The position numbers and the translations under genes are program-made. Positions 27,530 to 37,900 of a DNA stretch of 64,000 nucleotides are shown piece by piece. The DNA is from a virus. How positions within the stretch are numbered: position 1 is the stretch's first letter; each line of letters begins with the position of its first letter. The notes beneath the pieces are model-generated. The model ran no database searches, was not told the DNA's origin, and saw only the letters and a program-made list of their open reading frames with translations. The stretch covers positions 34,874 to 98,873 of the IMG/VR virus record IMGVR_UViG_3300027763_000040; one strand, 5' to 3'.

Positions 27530-28185
27530 ACTACAATATTAGATTTCACATGTCCTACGACTACAGTGGGATCTACATGAACTTGATATCCAAGATCTGC
27601 GACTCTTTCACACCAATAAAGATCTTCGCCCAATGGAAGATCATAAATCTCACCATCAACTTCCTGAGTAACTTTACCCAGTCCGTACCAAGGACGCTTC
27701 AAGGATTCAAAAACTCCTTGATTAACACACATGAATCCAAGGCCAACACCATATGCGGGAAATGAATCTCCAGTTTGTTGAAGTGCTGTGATTTCTTCAC
27801 GACTCATGGGACGAAAATCATCTTTGTTGCGATGAATCATGGCATCGGCACCTTGTGCTTCATAATAAACTCCAGAGATAATGTCTTTATCAGACTGAAG
27901 TAATTTTATAAACTGATCAGGATTCCAAACAATATCACTATCAATACAGAAGATTTTATCGTAGGTGTATTGACCTTTTCCTGGTGCCCGATTAAAAACT
28001 TCCAGTTGGCGACTACCAGTAATCGTTGCTTCTCGTGCATTAGTGACAAGAGATGCATATTCATTTTGATAGTGCCAGGTGATATTATTTGCCTGAAGAA
28101 CTTGAATCGTTCCCAGCAGTGATTTTACATATTCAGACACCAGTGATTTTCCTGGAGTCATGATTACTACATTAAAATGAGTCAT
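27526..28185 (-). CDS. GT-A fold glycosyltransferase-like protein
   Basis: IDSDIVW, ISGVY, GLGFM.V..GVFE...PW, GED..WC and GH.K motifs. Confidence 0.7.
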   Translation of the reverse strand: MTHFNVVIMTPGKSLVSEYVKSLLGTIQVLQANNITWHYQNEYASLVTNAREATITGSRQLEVFNRAPGKGQYTYDKIFCIDSDIVWNPDQFIKLLQSDKDIISGVYYEAQGADAMIHRNKDDFRPMSREEITALQQTGDSFPAYGVGLGFMCVNQGVFESLKRPWYGLGKVTQEVDGEIYDLPLGEDLYWCERVADLGYQVHVDPTVVVGHVKSNIVV

Positions 28186-28898
28186 AGGATTACCATTTTT
28201 TGATGACCGACACGAACTTTTGGATTGCACCAGATTTCAAATCCATGATCTCTGATATCTTCACACATAGCAACATCTTCAGAACACATATCTTCAAGAA
28301 CAATTCCATCTTCACGAATGAGTTGAACTTTCTTTGGTGCAAACCAAGGATAAGGAATCTTTTCAAAGATACCTTTCTTCATCAGAACCCAACCAAATCC
28401 ACAGTATTCAATCTTAAATGGTTCTGAGCGGCGTTGCATATCTTCAATCGTTTCAAAATAATAAGAACCCTTCTCAAGAAGAAGTTTCTTATCCATATTC
28501 ACAACAACAGTTGATTGATTGGATACAGGAGTTCCATTCGACTGAACATACCATCCAGTAGAAATATCCTTATCCATTTGCAGAAGTTCTATCAGATCTT
28601 CTGTCTTAAAAATAATATCACTATCGATCCACATAATATAGTCATAAGGAACTTGACCCCTCCATGGAGTCAGTAGTGTCCCTGCAAAGTTATCTGCCTG
28701 CAGACAATCAGTTCTGGCGAAGTTTACCATCGAACTGTATTTCTGCGAAATATAAAAGTTGATTCCCATTTGATTGAGATCAAACAAAAGGCGAATCATC
28801 TGAGTCATAAAGGTTCCTGAATATGAAAATCCAGGAAGACAGAATGCTATTGTTTTTCCCTTGAAATCATTCTTCGGTTGATTTGAATAATTAAGCAT
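28182..28898 (-). CDS. GT-A fold glycosyltransferase-like protein (paralogue of the preceding gene)
   Basis: WIDSDIIF, GWY, GFGWVL.K.G.FE..PYPWF, SEDV..C and VGH.K motifs. Confidence 0.75.
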   Translation of the reverse strand: MLNYSNQPKNDFKGKTIAFCLPGFSYSGTFMTQMIRLLFDLNQMGINFYISQKYSSMVNFARTDCLQADNFAGTLLTPWRGQVPYDYIMWIDSDIIFKTEDLIELLQMDKDISTGWYVQSNGTPVSNQSTVVVNMDKKLLLEKGSYYFETIEDMQRRSEPFKIEYCGFGWVLMKKGIFEKIPYPWFAPKKVQLIREDGIVLEDMCSEDVAMCEDIRDHGFEIWCNPKVRVGHQKMVIL

Positions 28899-28920
28899 AA
28901 ACTAAAGTCATATACTAATG

Positions 28921-28929
28921 ATTATAGCA
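28921..28929 (-). promoter_or_regulatory. Extended -10 promoter at the head of the glycosylation operon
   Basis: TGCTATAAT in the 45-bp intergenic gap; no TAAATA motif there. Confidence 0.5.
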
Positions 28930-28943
28930 TATCTAGGCAAGTT

Positions 28944-31900
28944 TTACCACCAGGTTATTTTAACATATCCATTTCCACCCGAAGCACCATCTCCAAATCT
29001 ATTTTGTTCTTGAGAATATCCTCCACCACCTCCACCACCTCCACGAGTTCCAGCGCCACCATCTCCTGCCACAGATTGTGTTGTGGATGATGCAGTAGCA
29101 AGAGTTCCCGAAGGTCCAGCAGCAACAAATGAGGACCCATAAATCAATCTTGTAATATTAGTCGTACCAAATCCAGAAGATCTTACAATCCATGCGATTG
29201 CATCAGTTGAAGATCTGATTGCCCCACCAACACTACCAGCAACATAAATGTTATTAGTATAAGCAAGAGCATTAATCGCGGATGTACCAAATCCTGATGT
29301 TCTTAACGACCAAGTAATCGTATCCGTTGAAGTACTTAAGATTCCATTGTTTCCAGCAGCAACATAAGCACCGCCTAGACCACCATAGGTAAAGGCATTA
29401 ATCGCTGTTGTAGTAAATGTATTAAATCCAGAAGTTCTTATGGCCCAGTTGATATTATCAGTAGAGATCATAATATTGTATTCATTCAGAATATTTGTTG
29501 CTGATGCTACTGTGTAAAGTCCTTCTGAATCTAAAGCAGTGATTGATGTAGTATTATTTGCAGTTGTTCTAACTGTCCAGGTTATCGTATCTGTGGATGC
29601 TTGCAATAATCCGCCAGTACCGTAAGAAAGTAAAAGAGTTTGAGTAGAAGTTGCAATAGTCCCACCTCCACCACCGATTACATAAAGGTTATTGCCATAA
29701 GCACCACAAAAAATTGATGTTGCACCAAACCCAGATGTTCTTAATGCCCAAGTAATACCATCGGTCGATGTTCTTTGTTGTCCATTTGTCGTTGCAATAT
29801 AAAGACCATCATTATAAGTTAATCCATAGGAGTTAATAGCATTTATAAATCCAGTAGTTCTTAATATCCAGTTAATAGTATCGGTTGAAGTTGCAAGGTA
29901 TGTTGAGTTGCCTGAAGCAACTATAAATGTATTTGTTGGCAAAGATCCATAAACTGAAGAGAATAATTGAGAACCTGGGGATCCAGAAGTTCTTAAGGTC
30001 CAAGAAATCGTATCTGTAGAAGTTGCGATACCACCAGATCCACCAGTTGTATACAAATAAACTCCATTTCCATATGTAAATGTATAGGCATAAGATGGAA
30101 ATATAGCGGTTCTCAATTGCCAATTAATATTATCAGTAGATGCTGCTAAGAAATAATTTGTACTGAAGATTGAGTCATTTCCCCACCCTAAAGTAAAAGC
30201 ACCAGCGGAAGAAAATCCACCAGTTGAACCAAAATTTTCAGTTCCTAATGGTGCAGTTCTTGTGGTCCAAGATACAGAATCAGTTGATGCTCTTAAAAAT
30301 GCTCCATTACCATAAGAACTTAAAATTGTTTGAGTTGATGTTACCAAAGTACCAGAAGCACCTCCCATTATATAAGTATCAGTTCCATAAGCAAGTGTAT
30401 TAATATCAGAAATGCCAAATCCAGAAGTTCTTAAAATCCAAGTAATCGCATCAGTAGAAGTTCGAGTGGTTCCAGATGCACCAGCAGCAACATAAAGATT
30501 ACTATTATAAGCAAGAGTACTAATTGTGGATGCACCAAATCCTGATGTTCTTAAAGTCCAATTAATAGTATCTGTTGAAGTATTTAATATTCCATTGTTA
30601 CCACCAGCAACATAAACGATCCCATAACCAAAAGCATTAATCGCCGTCGCACCAAATCCAGAAGTTCTTAAAACCCAGTTAATGTTATCTGTAGAAACAA
30701 TTAAATTACCACTAATATTTCCTGAACTTACACCAGAAGCAAAAGAATAAGAACCACCAGAACCTAATGTAACAATATCTACAATCTGGGAATAAGTTCT
30801 CAAAGACCAAGATATTGAATCTGTAGAAGCACTCAAAAGTGAATAGATAGGATCAACAGAAGAGGCAGTTGATAGAGTGTTTGTTGCGTTAGATGCTATT
30901 AAAAATAGATTATTCCCAAAAGTAGATGCAAAAATTACTGTAGTACCGAAACCAGAACCTCTTAGAGTCCAAGTAATACCATCTGTAGAAGATGAATTAG
31001 TTCCAGAAGCGCCACCAGCGCCATAGGTATTATTACCATAAGAAAGTGTATTAATCTGAGAAGTACCAAATCCAGAAGTTCTTAAAGTCCAAGCAATTGT
31101 ATCTGTTGAAGATAATAAGGTTCCAGAAGCACCCCCAACAACATAAAGATTTGATCCATTATAAGCAAGTGTAAGAATATTGGAAGTACCAAACCCAGAG
31201 GTTCTCATAGTCCAAGCAATCGCATCCGTTGATACCGATATTGCACCACCAGCAGTTGCAGCAATGTAAGCATTGCTTCCATAAACAACAGCACTAATTG
31301 AAGATGTACCAAACCCTGTTGTTCTCAAAGTCCATTGAATAGCATTTGTAGAAGATATTAATCCTGCTATTCCACCAGATCTACCGCCAACATATTTTTC
31401 TGTTGGTGTTACACTATATGCGAGAGTAGAAACCACTCCACCACCAAGAAATCCACCAGTTCTTAAAGTCCAGTTAATTGTATCTGTTGAAGTTCTTATC
31501 TGTGGCCAAGAATCTCCAACAACATAGATACCGCCACCGAAGACCATCGTTTGCATAATTGATGCTGGGGCCGCGTTTGCAGAAGTTCTTAAAACCCATT
31601 GAATAGCATTTGTAGAAACTTGAACAGAAGCATTTGTTCCATAACCACCAGCAAGATAGAATCCATTACCAAATGTAAGAGCACCAAGACCCGTTGAAGT
31701 TCCAACAACTGTTCTCTGAGTCCATACTAATGGTTCCCCTCGACTATTAATTAAATATTCACCATTAAAGTAAGTAGAACTAACAATACCAGTTGATCCA
31801 AATCCTGATGTTCTTAAAGTCCAAGAGATTGTATCTGTTGAAGATATTAATGTTCCAAGAGATTCTCCCATATAGTTTGTTGTTGCTGCAACATAATAAC

Positions 31901-34900
31901 TACTACTTGAAGCAAGAGTAGTAATTGATTGAGTATTAGTGACCGTTGTTCTTAAGATCCAAGTAATTGCATCAGTAGAAGCAGCAAAATATGCTCCAGT
32001 ACCAAACGAAGATAAGATTGTTTGAGTTGATGTGACAATCACACCCGCAGCTGCGGCAGCAACATAGTTGGTTCCGTCAGATGCCATTTCAACAAAATCT
32101 TGTACTGTTCCAGAAGTTCTAGTAATCCAAGTGATTGTATCTGTAGAAGTTGCGATTCTTCCTCCAACAGACGCAGTAACATAAAGATTACTATTATATA
32201 CTAAACCATATATTCCACTTGTACCAAATCCAGAAGTTCTTAATACCCATTCAATACCATTCGTTGAAGATACTATTGAACCAGAGTTACTAGTGGCAGT
32301 ATAAGTACTTGATACATAAACTATATTTGTACAACCTCCACTCATAGGTGATGTTCTTGTTGTCCAAGCAATTCCATCTGTGGATGCTCTTAAAAGTGGT
32401 CCACTACCTCCAACATAATAGTCAGATCCATCATAAATAGCAGATACAATGCTAGATGTTCCAAATCCAGAAGTTCTGATTGTCCAGGCAATAGAATTGG
32501 TAGAAGAACTTAATCTACCACTTTGCCCAGCAATAATATATTTTTCAGTTTCACTAGACCCATAGGAAATAGATCCAATCCAAGAAGTTCCAAATCCTGA
32601 TGTTCTCAAAAACCAAGAAATCGTATCCGTAGAAGTAAGAAGACCTCCAGAAGTTACAGCACCACCAACAATAAAGTAGTTAGTTCCATCATAAGTTCCA
32701 GATTGTGTATCAAAAAATGGTGCTATAACAGGAGATGTTCTTGCGGTCCAGGACACACCATCTGTTGATGCTCTCAAAAATCCAGTGGATGTTACTGCAG
32801 CAACATAAAGACCATTTCCATATATTAATCCTTGTATTGTGGAAGTACCAAATCCTGAAGTTCTTAAAGTCCACATTACTGAGGGTGAATTTCCACCAAC
32901 ATAATAATTCGTACCTTTGAAACCAGATGCATTAATTGAACCAATAGTTCCAGAAGTTCTTAGAGTCCAAGTAATAGATGTAGAACTTCCTCCAATTAAA
33001 TATTCACCATTAAAATATGAATAAAAATTGATTCCACTGGATCCAAATCCAGAACTTCTTAATGACCAAGATACTCCATCTGTTGATGTAGAGATAAGAC
33101 CACCAGCAATTCCATTAGATCCTCCAATCAAAAACGAAGTTCCACCATAAATTGCATGAAAAATAGTAGGACTTGCCCCAAATCCAGAAGTTCTTAAAGT
33201 CCAAGTAACTAATGTTGATGCAGCACCACCAATCAGAAACTCATTATTAGAATAAGTAACTGCACTAATCGTAGTTGTTCCAAATCCAGTGGTTCGTGCG
33301 ATCCAGGTGATATTATCTGTAGAAGCAATCAAAGCAGTCTGAGAAATATAGTTTGTTCCCGCCGCAACATAGTAACTATTACTTGTAGATAATAATGTGA
33401 TTGTTTGAATATTGGAGTTAGTTCTTAAAGTCCAAGATACTCCATCAGTCGAAGCAGTTAGTAATCCACCATTTCCAAGAGAACTTAAAGTACTTTGTGT
33501 CGAAACTGCTAAAGTTCCTATATTACCACTAGCAATATAAGTGTTGTTATTATAAAAAATACTTAACATATTACTATTTAAGTTTGAAGTTCTCAAAATC
33601 CAAGTAATACCATCAGTTGAAGTTGTATTGGTTGGTCCTGCTCCGCCAGCAGTAAAAATACCACCATTATAAGCGATGGTATAGATTATATTAGAACCAA
33701 ATCCAGCAGTTCTTAAAGTCCAAGAAATGGTATCGGTGGATGTTGAAAGATATCCAGATGTTCCACCACCAACATAAAGATTAGATCCATTATAAGCAAA
33801 TGTATAGATGTTTTGCGTCGTTCCAGATGTTCTCAATATCCAAACAGTCGCATTAGTGGATACGAGAATCTGTGCTGGAGAAGAACTTGGTGAAACAACA
33901 TAAGGATTTGAAGCGCCAGTTGCATAGGTAAATGCAGCAGAATAACTCGTTACCGCTGTTGGTAAAGTTGCACTTTGAGTCCAAATAATAGAATCCGTAG
34001 AGTTAATAAAGATTGGTGGATTTGTGTTTGAACTCAAAATAGAAAATCTACCATCCACATAAAGCATACTTGAATATTGTGCCGCAGTAAATCCAGCAGT
34101 TCTTACCGTCCAGGTAATCGCATCAGTTGAAGCAGTGATCCACTGACCATTGCCACAAGCAACATATCTTCCAACACCATAAGCAACAGATCCAATCGCT
34201 GTTGTACCAAATCCAGAGGTTCTTAAAGTCCAAGTGATAGCATCTGTCGAAGACGCAAGAACTCCAGATTGAGCACAATAAAGATAAAGTGATGATCCAT
34301 CATAAGTAATCGGATATCCACCAGTGGTAAATCCACCAGGACCAATATTGGCAGATACTTGACCAGAAGTTCTTAAGACCCAGGTAATAGTTGGTGTAAA
34401 TCCTCCAGCAACATGGAAACTATTACCATATGTAAGCGCAGCAATCGCGGTTGTACCGAATCCAGAAGTTCTTAAATACCAACTATTGATTCCAGTCGAA
34501 AGTGCTCCTCCACCTCCACCACCAGATCCAATGTTTCCAGTATAAGATCCAGGAATACCATCAATGCCATTACCACCAGAAGCACTTCCTGCAGTATTAT
34601 ATGCATTTCTATAATAATATGTTAGAGAGTTTCCACCCGCTCTTGTATTAAATGCACCACCACCGCCACCAGTAACTTGATATGTATTTGATTGAATTGC
34701 ATTGTTTACACTTGCCCATGATGTTAATCCAGCACCACCAGCAAGACCAGCAGTAGTATAAAGTGGGTTTAAAGTCACTGCGGCTGCGGCACCTGCAGTT
34801 CCTGCAGTTACATCGGATGAAGATGCTCCAGTTCCTCCAGAAGATGTTAAGGTATAAGTAGCGGTTCCTGTTGGAGATTTTCCAGTCCAAGTTAGGGTTG

Positions 34901-37900
34901 TATTTCCACCAGATGTGGGTGTAATTAATAATCCCGATCCCCCAGCAAGAAAAACAGTTCCATAAGTAAGACCATAAAGTGAAGTTAATGCACTATTTGT
35001 TCTTAAAGTCCAAGTAATCGCATCAGTTGATGTTACAGTAGTACCACCATACTGATTGACAAAAATTCCAGAATTATAAATTACTCGATAAGATCCAATA
35101 GCATTTGGAGTAGTTCTAATTGTCCATCTAATTGTATCTGTGGAACTTGCAAGTTTATTAAATCCCGCTGCAATATGAATTCCATTACCATATGCCAAAT
35201 TGTTAAGTTGCTCTGCACCAATTCCAGATGTTCTTGCAGTCCAACGAATAGCATCAGTTGATACAAAAATATTACCATTAAGATCCCCAACAATATATGG
35301 AGTTGATTCCGAAGATACATAATTTGATGAAAGTATTGAACTTGATCCACCACAAGTTCTAATTGTCCAAGTAATAGCATCGGGACTTGTGATTATTGCC
35401 CCATTAACACCAGTCATAACATAAGTTCCACTTGGTGCAGTACCATACATTAAAGAATATTGGGTAGAGTTTGGAATTCCACTAACTCTTATAGTCCAAA
35501 CAATCGCATCAGTGGATGTCCCATAATAACTTGGAAATATTCCAACATCAGTTCCAAAAACATATAATGATCCCGAATAAATCAAAAGTGGGCCACCCCC
35601 TAAACTTCGTCCAATTCGAGTTGTTCCAAATCCAGATGTTCTCAAAATCCAAGTATTTGTATCAACAGATGTTGCAATTGTTCCAGAATCTCCAACTGCA
35701 ACATAAAGAGAATTTCCATATACAAGATGATTAATTGTAGTTGCTCCAAAAGCACTGTTTGTTCTGGTCCAAATAATCCCATCAGTACTACTAATCATTG
35801 TTTTAATATTACCACCAGTTCCTCCAGTACCTGGAGTTACTGTGATTGTGGGCGCATCTCCAAATTCTAGACGACGAATCAACCAAGAGTTATAAGCACC
35901 ACCACCTCCTCCACCACCAGATCCAACAGTTCCAGTTGCTTTTCCTGCTGCTCCGCCTCCACCAGCACCGATTGCTTCAATATAAATCTGAGATGCTGTT
36001 GGAGGAATATAAAAAGTTTGTGCTCCTGATGCAGTAAACTCCTGATATCCTCGATATATTGGAGAACCGATTGTACTAGATGTAGAGTTAATCGTTTGCC
36101 ACTGTTTTGCAGTTATATTGGAAACCGCAAGAGTTCCAGATACACCACCAGCAACAATCGAAGAACCATAAACAGAAGTTGTGATTGAAGTAGATCCAAA
36201 TCCACTAACTCTCGAAATCCAAGAGATTCCATCTGTAGATATTGCTAGTGTTCCCGCAGAACCAAAGGCAACAAATTGGGTTCCACCATAAAATAAACTA
36301 TTAATCGCCGTCGTACCAAATCCAGTTGTTCTTAAAGTCCAAGAGATTGTATCTGTAGAAGTTCTTAAGAGACCAGCATTGCCAGCAATAGTATAAGTAT
36401 TATTACCATAACCAAAAGCATTAATCGCCGTCGCACCAAATCCAGAAGTTCTTAAAACCCAGTTAATGTTATCTGTAGAAACATTTAAAAATCCAACTTC
36501 ACCCATATAGTTGGTTCCATGAGCAAAAGCATAAGAACCACCAGAACCTAGTGCAGTGATTGCTAGTGTATTAACTGCAGTTGTTCTAGAAGTCCAAGAA
36601 ACTCCATCAGTTGATGCCCGTAAAAGTGCTCCAGTTCCAAATGAAGATAAGATTGTTTGATTGGAAGTTTGTATGTCTCCAGTATTAGTACCAAAGACAT
36701 AGATATCATTTCCAACTCCAATCGTCGATATTGCAGTTGTACCAAATCCAGAAGTTCTTAAGACCCAAGTAATCGTATCAGTCGATGTTACAGTACTTCC
36801 ATTTTGACCAGCACCTACATAGACTCCATTATTATAAGTAAGTTGTAATAGTGATGTAGATCCGAGTCCAGAAGTTCTTAAGACCCAATGAATCGCATTC
36901 GTTGAAACGGTTATATATGTTGCACCACATCCAAGATATAGATTATTTGCATAGATTAATCCAACTAATGAGTTACCAGCACCAATCGCAGTAGTTCGAA
37001 TCACCCAAGCAATCGAATCTGTGGAAGATGATGTGAATGATGGTACAGATGCAACATATTTTTCAGTTGCATTTTGCCCATATGCCAAAGCATTAATGGT
37101 ACTTGTACCAAATCCTGTTGTTCTTAAGGTCCAAGAAATAGTATCTGTCGAAGATATAATAGTACCAGATGATCCTCCAGTAACATAAAGACTTCCACTA
37201 TATACGAATGTTGGTCCACTATTACCAACACTGTTTCCCAGAGTGGCAGTTGTTCCAACGGTTCTCGCTGTCCAGTTAATACTATCAGTCGAAACAAGAA
37301 CATTACCTTGATTCAAATAGTTATTTGATGTTGCAAGATAATATCCACCACCAGATGTTAAGGCAGTAATACCTTGAGTGTTGAGTCCTGCAGTTCTTAA
37401 TGCCCAAGAAATAGTATCGGTTGAAGCCCTTAAAATTGCACCATTACCAATCGATCCCAAAATACTTGTCGTTGATGTTGAAATTGTAGGTACTGAAAAT
37501 CCAGGTCCTGCCACCACAAAAGTATTATTACCATAAGTGGAGGTATATATTGTAGATGTACCAAATCCAGAAGTTCGTGCAATCCAAGTAATCGCATCAG
37601 TTGATGTTGCAGTATTTCCACCAGCACCACTCGCATTAAAAATTCCATTACCATAGGTCAATGCATACACATTGGCACCCATTGTACCTACAGTTCTTAA
37701 AACCCAACTAATACAATCCGTAGATGATGCAATATTAAACCCACCGATAACATATAAAGAATTTCCATAAGTGGAAGTAAAAATTGCATTAGCAGGAAAT
37801 CCAGTGGTTCTTAAAACCCAGTTAATTCCATCAGTGGAAGATGAAAATGATCTAGCAACATTAGTAGTTACGCCATATGTATTGATTGGGGTATTCCCAT

